NCBI GenBank assembly: GCA_018398765.1
Contig: JAHBMJ010000082.1
Location: 1-57,570, forward strand
Reading direction: 5' to 3'
From: Chromera velia
Lineage: Eukaryota
DNA length: 57,570 bases
The position numbers and the translations under genes were made by a program. The notes beneath the pieces are model-generated. The model worked only from the letters and a program-made list of their open reading frames with translations. It was not told the DNA's origin and did not search any database. Every line of letters begins with the position of its first letter. Positions within the stretch are counted from its first letter, which is position 1. Of this stretch, positions 37,162 to 49,415 are shown piece by piece.

Positions 37162-40100
37162 CCGAAAATTCAATCCCAACAGATGTTCCGTCAAGAAAGG
37201 GCTCCCAAATATCTGCAGAAAGAAACAAAGAAAGAAAGAAAGAAAGAAAGACACGGAGACAGCCAAGCGAGCAGGAGTGAAGTCGACAAAAGGAATGAAC
37301 AGAACGACATTCAATCATTTGAAGCAGAAGGCAAGGAAAGCACTAGATCCGTCTCTCTTGCTTGCACACCCTCTCTCTCCCTCCCCCCGCCTCTCTCTCC
37401 TTTCTGTTCTTGACATTCGGAAGACAGCTCAGTCTCTTCCCCTGTCCACCCTGTCTCTCTCTTTCACAGACTCTCTCCCCACTTTCTGCACCGGAATGGT
37501 GTAGGACCTTTTACTTTCATACAGAATTCTTTTTCATACAGAATTTTCTGTACAAAAGAATTCTGTATGAAAGTAAAAGGAATGCTGACCTTTTGGGAAA
37601 AAAGAAGAAAGCCCTGCAGAGACAGAGAGAGACAAACTCCCAATCGACGAAGCACTCCGCGCAGGCAGATCCTTGCATGTCTTCTCACTCTTCCTGCGTT
37701 CAGACAACGTTTCTTCTCCATGAATTACCCCCTGTACTTTCAATCCCCGCACTGCAACTCCATTCACGTCCAACAACCCGACCCACCAGCTCAGGAGTGC
37801 CCTGTCCAAGGGTGTCTGAGATTGAATCTGACTGCACAAAGAGAGGAAGGCAGAAAGAGAGACACAGATTCATTACACGAACACACGCACACACAGAGAC
37901 ACACACCCGGACACCTGCATACACCTAAACGAGACCCTACCCAAACCAGAACCGAAGCTGCGAAGATCCCGCCCACGCACGCACAGAGAGACACAGAAAG
38001 CCAGACAAACAGACAAAGAAACGAACCATCTGCCAGAACAGAGACGTCACTCGAAACCCCGAGAAGGCGCACCCCGTCTCCCCCCCCGTCCCACAGAGCG
38101 CCTCCATCACTGCCTGCTTGGCCTCAGGCCTCTGCGGGGAGTGGGAGCTCGTTGTCTGCACAGGAGAAGGGGGGAAAAGAGAACAAAATGCCAAATTCAA
38201 GAAACAAAAAAAAGTGCCAGCCCATCTCCCAATGCTTCCCACTCAAACTTGAGAAGGTCGGATGCTGCACTCCCTGAATTATTGCGGCTTCCTCTTTTCT
38301 CTTCCCATTTGGGACCTTTTTTGTTGCCCCCCCCCCCTTTTTTTTTTTTCAACCGTGCATGAGAATGACAAGCTGTATAGCCTTTTGAGAACCTCATTCC
38401 TTGGTGATGGAATGGAATGAGCCCGCTGATTCACATGCGCGTGCGTCCCAAATGCATGCACACCATCACGCAGACAAGAGAGCAGATGAGATGAGATGAG
38501 ACGAGAGAAGAGGAGATCAGATGAGATGAGAGGAGACGAGAGAAGAGGAGAGGACAGACCTGCACCAGGACCAGGAGCTGCCGGGTGCGCTCAGAGACGC
38601 GAAGCATCAGCAGACGCCAAAACCCTGCAGGAAGGCAATTAAGCATGTCGGTCAGCATGGAAGCACACAGAAGAGAAGAGAAAGGGAGCAGAGCAAAGGG
38701 TTTATCCTCAATTTAAGGGAAAGAGAAGAAAGAGAAGGAAAGCAAATGATGAGAAATGGGCTCTACTCATCAACACAACCCATGATGGTTCCGTCTCTAC
38801 CTGAGTAGGTGAATTCTTTTTTTGCTTCTCAGAGCGTGCCTCGTTGTCTGCCTTTCTCTTCCAAGACCATACAGAGAGTCTTCAGACAGAATAATACAGT
38901 CGAGTTTGTATACAGAGAGACAGGCATTCCACAGAACACCTGCACCGACGCGACAAAAGCAAAATGTATTAATAAACAAAAATGCCCATGCAGACCCATC
39001 GTGTGTGTCTGCCCACCCTTTTGCTCTTTTCTTGAGTAGACAGGAAGAGGGCTCTCACGCACCAGTTTCTGCAAGAGAGAAAGAAGAGAGAAAGGGGCGG
39101 GTGCGTCTGTCTGTACATGAGTGAGCTGCTCTTCTCTGGTATCTTTGAGCGATGAGAATAAGTAAGGGAGGCGCGTACGATCCACGGCGTCAGTCCGGAA
39201 ATTTCTTCCTTCTTTCCTTTTCTTTGTCCCTCTATACAAGCACCTCACATCCAGAAAGCTGGCCGCTGAGAAAGCGTCAATCTGCGAGTCAGTTACTCAG
39301 GTGCCGGTGACACCTGAAGAAAGAGACCGACAGACAGACAGACAGACAAAAAGACAGAAAGACCTACCCTCATGCGAGCACACACGGCCTTCATGGCATC
39401 AGGCACAACGGGCACAGAGTCGGGAGCCTCGACTTGGGGCTCCTGCAGGCAGGCAGACAGACAGATAGAGAGGCAGGAAGAGGTTGGGGGGGTGGGTGGT
39501 TTGGGCTGAGAGGGGAAGACTGGTAGGTGATCCTTTCATTTAAGTGCGCAGGAATTGACGAAAGGTTTCAGTCGGTAGCGTCATGACTAGGCTTCCTTCT
39601 CTGTTCTCCTTTCCTTTCCTTTCCTTTCCCCCTTTCCTGCCTGGTGTCTAACGCCCCTCTGCCGCACTCCTCGATCTGCCGAGGGCGCAGAAGAGAGAGT
39701 GTGAAAGCAAGTAGGGAGATGTCAAAGAAACGAACAACTCTGGCCTCCGTGAGACGAAATGTTTGGGCTTTGAATGATCCTCCGTTATTCCCTCTTTCTT
39801 TTCCATCTTCCAAATAAACCAAATAGGGAGCCCCCCAGTGCATCCGGAAAGCTGGAGTGACATTTTGTCGTACATCAAATTTTCCTTCCCTCATTCTTTC
39901 CTTTCCTGTCCTGCAGAAAAACTGAAGAGCACACCTCCCCAATGACTGACATTTTGCCGCACAAGGACCACAAACCCAACCTGCAAAACAAGTCACGCAG
40001 AGAGGAAAGAGAGAGGCAGTGGGAGAGGATAAGAGAGAGAAGGAGCTCAACTCTCTTTTTGAAGAGAGTCTGTCGGAATATCTGAGTACAAAACAGACTA

Positions 40101-41873
40101 CAGACACATGCCGGTTGCGTGCTTCTCATTTTTTGTGTCGTCAGAGATCCCTCCAAAATTGATCAGCCTTTTTCCATGAAAAAAAAAAGGATTGAATGAA
40201 GAAGAAGACGTCCAAAAAAGCCTCTTCGCACGCGAAACGGAGACAAAAACCAGCGGTAAAGATAAAGAATAGACAACTCTACCTACCTCGGGTTCGTTCT
40301 CTTTATTCCTCGCAATAGAGAACTCGCACTTGTTTCTGTACCTCTCACGTGCGTGCTCGGGGGGGGGCAGAATGGGGTCCAGCTGCATGCTCATGCACAT
40401 GCGGAGAGAGGGGAAAAGAAGAGAAGAGGTGAAAAAAAAAGGGTCCTCGGGGTGGGAAAGCCAGGGATAGGGGGGAGAAGCGAGGGAAGAGAAAAGGAGG
40501 AGGCAAAGAAGAAAAGAAAAGACACAGAGGGACAGAGAGAGTGGAGAAGCTCCGGTCGTAAATACAACGCATCCGCACATCCACACACACAGGCATATGT
40601 AAGCAGACAGGGACACACAGACACGCTCACTGACATAAATGAAACCTCCACACAGAGACATGCAGTGTGTACTACAAGGCTGCAAAAGGGAACGACAGAT
40701 TGACACACCAACCCGATCTCTCTCCCGCCCGCCCGCCCCCTCAACCAAGCACAGCACAGGACAGCACAGCAAAGGACCCACCGACCGACTGACCGGAATT
40801 CCATTCTTCCGAAACGTGTACGGGATGCGGCACCACTTGGGAATGACCTGCACTCAGTTGGTTGGAAGGAGAGAAGGAAGGAAGGAAGGAGGGAAGGATC
40901 GTTGTGTCCGGATTATCTCGACACCCAGTTGGGTTTGACTAATGCGATTGGAAGGAAGGCGCATGCATGTGAGGGCCCCCCCCGGTGGAATTCGATTTCC
41001 TCCAGGCAGGCATGAGGCGAATAGGTCGTATCTTCTTTTGAATAGAATAATGTCTTTTGAGAGGGAGGCCGGTTTTCTCTACTGAATGCACTCACTCGTA
41101 AGTTGATCGACGTGCGCACTCAAAGACAGACGTGCGGGTTGCCAAAATAACTGACTGCACTCTCCTGACTGAATAATAACGGATGAATAGGGAGATCTGC
41201 TATCTGACTGACTGATTGACCGACCTCTTTCGTGGCAAGGCTGGAGCTTGCTTTTGAGTAGACTGCCCGGGTGAGTTGTCTGGCCATCGTCTGAACGGAA
41301 GGGAAAGAAAAAAGGGGGGTTGAGGAGGAGCAACAAATGTGCTCTGCAGCGAGAAGGAGAAGTCATTTGAAAAGAAGGACAGCGCGAGCTTGTGCTACCG
41401 GACAACTCCACTCTCCAGAAAAGGGGCAACAAAAGAAAGAGGGGGGTAAACGCCCGTTGTGGGAGATGAGATGCTAGGGGTAGACAGCAAAGGAGGAGCG
41501 GAGAAAGAAACGACAAGCGCCATCGAAGGGCTCAGACAGAAGGGAGGATCAAATCAAAAGCAAATCTTTGCTTTGCTGCTTCCTTTCTTTTCCTGCCTCC
41601 TGCCTCTTTTTCTTCTTCAAACAGACAGAAGGAAGGAAGGAAAGAAAGAAAGAAAGAAAGAAGAAAAGAAGGAAACGAAGAAGGAAAGAAAGAAGGGAAG
41701 GAAAGAAAGAAAGAAAGAACGAAGGAAAGAAAGGAGGAAGGAAAGAAAGAAGGGAAACAAACAAACAAAGAAAAAAAGAAAGACAAAATTAAAGAAAGTC
41801 GAGGAAGGAAACCCACCACTCCGTATTGTTCCTTCAATCTCAGCTGCTCTTTGTAGGAAAGACTGCACACACA

Positions 41874-41914
<41 letters not shown>

Positions 41915-43687
41915 CCAGACAGACAGACAGACAGACAGACAGACNNNNNNNNNNNNNNNNNNNNNNNNNNNNNNGTGAGGAAAAACACTACCCGCCGTAC
42001 GAAAGCTCCTCTGTCGCCCGACGGAGAAAAAGAACCGAAATGCGCGGGCCACCTCTCTGACGGACTCTTTCATCTTTCGTCTTCCTACTTCTTGTTCTTT
42101 GCCTTGACGCAAAAATATGACGGTGGAAAGGAATGACGAAAGGCAGACTGGAGTAGCGTGCTACAAACTGGCAGGGAGACAGACGAACAATGAAAATGCG
42201 GCCTTGAGGTTTTTAATTTTCAACTGACTGACTGGCTGACTGACTGACTGTGACAAGGGAGCGGTTCTCTCTCTGATTGGTTTCTCGACTCCCCGCTCCC
42301 TCTCTGCCTTCTGCTTTAACTCCAGGAGGTTGATTTGGGGGGGGTTCTTCGTCTGCAGATTGTTTGTTTGGACGAACAAATTCAAATGCTTTGTTTGTTT
42401 GTACTCTCTATGCATTGTTTCATGATTTTCAAAAATTGAGCTTCCTGTCCTACCTTGAGTCGGGTCTACCTGCAATCACTGCCTGTTCTCTTTTGGGGAT
42501 CCATTCGGTTCTGAAAAAAATGTCTTGCCGTGCTTGCATCCGACCCAGGGAAACAGGGACGAAAAAAAGGAGATCAAGGGTTCTTTTTCTCTAAGCTTCA
42601 CTCGGTACATTCTCTTTTGAGAAGTGACTGACTGTTTGCATGCGGATTGAAAAAGAGACTCATCGACGGGAGTTCCTGAAGTTGAAAAGACAGAGAAAGG
42701 GCCTGAAGTAACGGTCCATTCCCCTCTGCTTCAATGCAGGCTGATGGATGCCCTTCTGACTCTTCCTTGATTCTGACCTTGTTCTGTTTCACCCCCTCTC
42801 TGTCCTCCATTCCTGCCTCTGTGGCTCCTCTCTTGTCTCCCACAGAGGATGAAGCCGACGCAGAGGCAGAAGAAGAAGAGGAGGAGGAAGAAGAAGAAGA
42901 AGAGGATGACGAAGAGGAAGAGGAAGAAGAGGAAGAGGATCCGCCTTCCCCCGTCTGCCGCCTATTTTCTCGTGGGACCGTCTTGAAGGCAGAGGAGACA
43001 GTGACGGGCCTCTTTTTGACCAGCAGACCCGTCAGCTGGTTCGCAAACGTCTCTTTCTGCGTTGGAGTTTCGAAGGATCTGCACGGGGAGAGAAGGGGGG
43101 GGGGAGTGTTGGAGAGAGACACGAAGTTTGTCTCATTTCGTCTGTTTGTTCGTTCTGCCCTGATCGGAACAGAGAGGGGGAACAAAATCGCAAAAAAAAC
43201 ACATGGACAGAGACAGAAACAAATGGTAAAACACATTTCATTGAAGAGCCTTCACGATGGACGGGGGCGGTGAGGACGAGGACTGGCAGATTCCCGGGCG
43301 GGGCCAGAAGGAGTAGACGGTGAGAGAAAGTCACAAAGAAAGGACATGAGCCTGGCATGCCACTACAAAAGGACGTGAAGGAGAGACAAGAGAAGTGACT
43401 GACACGAAAACGTATGGTTTGTTGATTTTCTTCTCAATCTCTTTCTTCGGCAGTCCAGGTGCCGCTTTGTTGAGCCATTTGGCCACTTGAGCTTTTGACA
43501 TCCCGTCAAAGTCTTTGCACGAGAGGAAGACCTTCAGAGGATCCACCTCCCTCTCTTGCTCCTTCTCTTTCTCTTGCCCCCCCCCTGCGCTTCCCTCGTG
43601 CCCTCCACCCGCCTGCCCCCCTTGTTGCGCTGCCTCCTGGTCCAGTCCAGCCGCTGCAGCTGCACCCAAATCCTCTCCCGTCTCCAT
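34225..43687 (-). CDS. TRMT2A: tRNA (uracil-54-C5)-methyltransferase, TRM2/TRMT2A-like (many exons)
   Basis: Start METGEDL at 43687. Motifs in order: YRNKCEFSI, GFWRLLMLRVS, IAPLAFFQTNTAAAETLY, LLDICCGTGTIGL, VLGVDIVESAIE-SAKENAAANG, ILDPPRSG-LH, LVYVSCNP (catalytic Cys), VDMFPHTFHCE. Not all internal exon boundaries were resolved. Confidence 0.92.
34960..35250. repeat. (AAAG/AAAC)n intronic microsatellite
   Basis: Direct reading. Confidence 0.9.
37507..37580. repeat. 74-bp near-perfect palindrome in a TRMT2A intron
   Basis: CCTTTTACTTTCATACAGAATTCTTTT (37507-37533) is the exact reverse complement of 37554-37580; the spacer carries a further TACAGAA/TTCTGTA stem. Confidence 0.9.
41945..41974. 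other. Assembly gap
   Basis: Run of N within a TRMT2A intron. Confidence 1.
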
Positions 43688-44360
43688 TTAAATTCAATAC
43701 AGAGTAAGTGTACCTCTCAGAGTATCCTGCACGCCTCGCTCGCGGTGAAGCGTCGCTGGTCTTCAGGCACCAGCGCTTCTGTGTAGCGCTGTTCAACTGG
43801 TCACAAACGCAAACTGCACAGGGAGCAGCCCTTTTGATGCTTGCAGATTTCTGTGCACTTTGAGTTGGGCTGTGTTCAGTCTGTTCTTTCCAAGCTCTTT
43901 GGAGAATTCACTTGGGAAAAAAGGCACCGTGCTGGCATGTGAGAATGGTAGAAGACTTCTCGGAGAAACAAGCTAATCCTGCTGAAGGGCGGCAGACAAT
44001 GGCAGACAGTCATGGACAGTCGGGTCTGGCAGAGTCTGCTGCATTGCAACTCAGAAATGACACACGAAAAGCTGGCAAAAATTGCCGCGCTTAGCCGCGC
44101 GTCTCCACGCACCCGTCTACGATCGTCTACGCGTCGAAATATTAAGATCGTCGAAAGTCCTGCATGGGAGTTGTAGCCTTCATTACATCTTCATTACAGC
44201 TTTTACAATCTTTTGCGAGTACGTGTTCGATGCCTCAGATCTCCAAACTGCGTACATTCGTTCAAGCACGTTCCCGTACGCTTTTTAGACTCTCTAGACT
44301 GGCAGAAATACACGGATTCATCAGAGCACTGCATGGAAAGACGCATTGAACCCAACTGAC

Positions 44361-47300
44361 ATGCGGCCTCTGCCTCGCTGCTCCGTTGGAGCCCTCTCGC
44401 CTTTCCTGAGGCCTCCCTCTCTCTCTGCGTTCTCTTGCTTTAATGAAAACTTGGGAGTCTCGGGGAGAAGAGAGAGAGGGAGACGGACGCTTGTCACGTT
44501 CCCGTCCGAACACTTCAAGAAATACGGGAGACGGGCGAGACCCGTCTCCGTCTCCATCGCCGGAGAGATACAAGGGGAGGGAGGGGGGGGAGAAATGCAG
44601 ACTGACTTAGCAGTGTCTCTGGCAAAGGGGATGCAGGGACCCGGGACGGAAGATCCGAATGCATGGGGGGGGAGAGAGAGTTTGATTGCAGCCCTGAGCA
44701 GCGACTTCTTCGATCGACTGGAAGACATCCGACACCAGGGAAAACAGCACAGACCGGGGACTCTGTTCGGCAAGGCACTAACTAAATTCAAGAAGACCCA
44801 CTACATCCAGATTCTGCGCGCTCTGCTGGGTCACGACTTCGCAGGGTGGGAGGAGGGATTGAAGAGGTGGCGGGCCCATGGGTTGCCCTATGACGAGGTC
44901 ACGTACACTCTGAAACTCCAGGGCTCTATTCTGTCACACCGTCACGCAACGGAGAACGTCCGTTTGCCCCCTTTTCCCTTTTTTAACCTGCCTGAGTGCC
45001 TCTCTGTGTGCCCATTTTCCGGTCTTGTCACGTGCCTCTCAGTCTGAGCGCTGGCGATCCCGCCTTGTCGACAGCTAGACTGGTTGCAGGACTAGTCCAC
45101 TACTGGCCGTGCATGCAATGTGTGACAGTGTGTTTGTTGGATCGATGCGTGCTCTTCTCTGATTGCCTTCCGATTCCCTCCTGGTTTCTTCCGTCCCCTT
45201 CTCATCCGTCTCCTCTTTCTGTTCGCGGAGAGAATGCTTCCGTTCCCTGACTGAGAATAAATAATTACACGCGTGCAGGCCTACTTAGTGCTGGAAGAAA
45301 TGAAGCAGGCAGGCATGCACCCTGTAGTCGTTCGGATGAATGAGGTGAGTGGGTGGGAGTGTGAGTGACTAAGGAATGAAGAGAGCGCCCGACTGTTGTC
45401 AAGGAAGGAAGGAATTAAATGAAAAGAATACATACAGCGAGAGTCCGTTCTGAGACCCTTTTTTTGAATAGGCACACTCACTGGTCCTTCCACGCACCGA
45501 CTCGGCAGTTTTTGTGGTCTCTCTTCTGTGCCAGGCCCTCTTTTCTTCTTCTTCTTCTTCTTCTTCTTCTTCTTCTTCTCGGCTCTATTGTTCGCTGATC
45601 AGATCTGATGAACGAATTCGTCATTCAATTGATCGACAGACCGCGAGGACATTTCTGTCCATGCATGAATCCCTCCCTCCCTCCCTCTGTCCCTCCTTTC
45701 TGCTGATCGATCGAAGGGCTTTCTGGAGTCCCACACAGAACTTCTCGCGTTACTGGTGGACCCTCCGAGACATGAACTTGTGGGGGCACTTCGGCCTCTC
45801 GTTTTTGCAGCAGTCAGGGTGGGTGGGGGGCCGGTTGCATGGGGGTCTGCCTTTTCTGTTTGTCCTGGAACTTTTTTCCTCTGTGTTCTGTTTTCTATGT
45901 CTTTTCATTGCACATTTATTCTTGCTCTGCCCGCCTTCCTGCCTGCCTGTCAGACTTGCATCCCTCCTGCTGTGTTGTTTCATCCTGCATGGATGGTATC
46001 GGTACATTGACAGACGAGAGAGAGAGAGAATCACCCCACCTTTTCTTCCTTCTTCCGCACTGCCTGCATGCTGGCAAGTATAAGCGCTGGCACGCAGGCA
46101 GGCAGGCAGGCAGGCAACGAGGCACACAGAGAGCTGAGACAGCTGATGATGATCTTCGTCATTGAGAGAACGCGAATGAATGCATGAGTATTTGTGCGTG
46201 CGTCGGAATCTTGGGCGGCGACTTTGTTGTTTGATATGCGCATTTTGTGCGTGTCCATCGGACAGGTCATGCGTCGGAGGCGTCAGTGGATTGCAGAAAG
46301 ACTCCGTCAGATGTCTCCGAAGGAGGCAATTGACTTTGTGTCCTCAAAGGAGGGTCTGAACGCGCTGTTCGAGGAACACCACGCGATGTTCGTGCTGCCT
46401 CCGTTGCCCTCAGTGCACCCTCCCGATATGCCGCCTCACATGCTGGCAGACTCGTTTTCTTCATCTATGGACGAGGGAGAGGAAGAGGAGGAGTTTTTGT
46501 TTGAAGATGAGGGGGGCAAAGGGGAGTGTGGCTCTCTTCCGGTTTCCCTTGATGCGTCTCTTGGGAGGGTGGAAGGGGAAGAGAATAGGACGGCAGTTGA
46601 TGTGAGAACAGAGAGAGAGCAGGGGCGACTGAGGGTACGATCTGTTTTGGGACTTCCAGAGGAATCTGTCCCAACTCCTGCAGCAAAACCTTCTGTTTCT
46701 TCTTTCTCTCATTTAAGCAGTGGAGACAACAGCAGCAGTGGGATGCAGCTAGAGGAAGCAGAGTTTGGAAAGTTGCAGCAGGAAGCGGTTGTTCGTTTGG
46801 GATCGTTTGTGGATCAGTCAGCTCCCGTAGATGTGCCTGTGGGGATGCACCCTCGTGAACAAGGGAGGGGAAGCGACAGGGAGAGAACGGGAGGTATGGG
46901 GGACAGCAGGGAAGCCTCATCAGGTGAAGGGGTAGACGGCAGAGGCTTTTCATCTTCGTCTTTTGGTGACAGAGAGTCTCAAGGAGGAGGAGAAAAGGGA
47001 AGAGAGAGTGGCAGGCAAAGAGAGGTAGGGCAAGACGGGCCCCCTCGATTTCACCTCCAACAGTCAGACAGAGAAAGAGAACGCGAGAAATTCCAATTGA
47101 GATCTAGCAGCAGAGAAGCCAGGCAGACAAGCAGCGAAAGAACAGAAAAGAGGAGAGAGACCCGAAGCGAGAGGTACAGACGTCGACAGGAAGAGAAGAA
47201 AACCCTCTGGCACCTGGAAGGCAAAAAAATAGGAACGCCAGATTCCACAGCCTTCCCTTTTTCTTCTCATACGGAAGAGACGGGAGATAATCCAGAAGGA

Positions 47301-47432
47301 AGGGGAGCAGTTAGGGACAGCACGAGAGTCTCCGGGGGCCCGACGCACGCCAACGCGATGGGCTCATCAGACGACCAACCCATCCCCTCTTTCGCCTCTC
47401 TATTTGGACACCTCGGCCGCAGGTGTTCTTAG
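44361..47432 (+). CDS. Hypothetical protein with a PPR-like motif and possible mitochondrial presequence (4 exons)
   Basis: Exons 44361-44957, 45279-45344, 45717-45818, 46266-47432, all phase 0. Splicing reconstitutes HGLPYDEVTYTLKLQGSILSHRHATEN|AYLVLEEMKQAGMHP. Arg/Ser/Leu-rich N-terminus; long low-complexity C-terminus. Confidence 0.7.
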
Positions 47433-49052
47433 CTTCAGGATGAATCCAGCAGTTTTATCGATCGAGCAAGGTGTTTTAGGCATGCGGAAGTTGAAGGTGC
47501 TGGTGCATTGCCCCGCTGGCTCGAGAACCAAACTTCAATCTGTCTCTTACTGTCTCTGTACCCTTTTGAGTCTCTCTTGCTTGCGTCATGTTTCCTTCCT
47601 GTCTCTGTAGCCGTGCCTTCCTCACGACCTTTCTTTCTTCTTAGCTTCCCTTTAAAAAGAATCCCTTATCCGTTTGTATTATTAAATTAACTTGCAAATC
47701 GAAACTATCTTATAGCTATGAGTAAGGGTAGGGATGATTATGGGAACAACAAATATCGAACCGACGAACTCATCGATATCAAATTAAGGATTGATATCTC
47801 GATCGAAATCTTTGTTTAAAATCATATAACATGCATTATCTCAATTACATATCATTTTGTACTATGAATGACCCCGGGGGATCCTTCAAAAGTTTGCTAT
47901 GATGATAAACTTAGAATCGTAAAAAAAAAAATGTTTATCTTCTTTCTAGGTTTCGGTACTTTAACTATTAAGTACTACTACTCATAGTAAGCGTCGGCAA
48001 AAAAAAACTTGTGACTAACTGAAAAGAACTAAATTTTTTGTTCTCCTTTCTTTTGTACTTTTTATTCCTTTTTAGTTTGGTAAATTACCACCTATACCAC
48101 CTACTTCTTTTTAAGAATAATACTAGGAATAATACATGCATCTAAGCAGCATCTTTCTATTTATATACTTATGATAACAGTAGCTTATAAGTCTTTAATG
48201 CATTCGCCGCTAGATTCGCCGTTCGGTCTTAATTCTACTTAATTCGTTCCCCACTTCCAAAGCATTCAAAAAGCCGGCGTTAAGCCACGTATATGAGCTC
48301 TTTCACAAGCTTTAGCATGCACAAGCGCTTGTTAGCAATTCTTGCTGGTGTGACAGTGGTGTCTAGTTAGCAGCAGTACGCACATGAAGCATCCGGTCCA
48401 GTTGCACGCGGAAGTCGGTAAATTCTGTTCTCTGCAAGCTTTTCTTCAAGACAAAGCTAGAGAGGGCAGAGTTCCATTAAATAAAGGAGCCTGTGAGGCA
48501 ATAGAACAAATTTTAATCGCTTGGAAAGTGGAGTCAATGGATGAGAAAACACTCACAAGGCACGAACAGGACGCGTATACGAAGCCACCCACAAATTCAA
48601 CACACACGATGAAGAAGTTGTTAATTGTGAGCGGAGCTCCCTCCCTCCCTCCTTCCCTCCCTCTTCACGATGAATTGAAGTCATACTTCCACATTCAATA
48701 TGCATTGAGATCGGCAGAGAAGGCCAAACGGCGATTCATGCGCACAAACGCGATTCATTCAGAGAACCAGAAAGAGGCAGGCAGGCAGACATTCAGAAAA
48801 GTGGGAATAAATACCGGCGCATGCAGTCGATATGGTATCAAGTTTAGAGCACCAAAAGACCTTAATTATCGAATCGATCGACTATGTAGATGAAAAAGGA
48901 GACGAACGTTGGTGCTGTCTGGCCGTTGCAAGGAGACAGCGTAGAGACTCAAATAGAAGGACGCAAAGACGAGGAGGATCCAACAAATGAACGCCCCCCC
49001 TTCCCTCCTTCCCACCCAACAGTCTGGTTACCCCCTCCCCAAGAGAAGAGAT

Positions 49053-49086
<34 letters not shown>

Positions 49087-49415
49087 CCGTGAAGGTCTAC
49101 TCATTGCATGACGCTCCGACCCCACAAGCGCACGATCAGAGCCCATTCTGAAAGGTCAGGCCGGACGAATGCAGAATGGAAGAATGAAGAGGATGTGAAC
49201 GGACAGTCATAATGTCGGGCAGAGAGAGACAGTCGGATAAAAGGAAAAAGAGAAAAAGATGAAGAGACAAATCCTTTGCGCTCCCCCCTTCCCGCACATG
49301 CAGCAGGGACTCCAATTGTCTGTCTGGAGCCTGAAGGAAGTCGCAGTTGTGTCTGCATGAATTCTCGATGTCATCCTTTCTCTGCACCCACCTATCTATC
49401 TACAGATTCCTTCAT

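Noticed and set aside
47729..47810. TAGGGATG-starting hAT-like end
   Set aside because: No matching inverted terminus located in the window.
48384..48893. 169-aa ORF
   Set aside because: No recognisable domain and runs through a CCCT microsatellite; cannot be supported as a gene.
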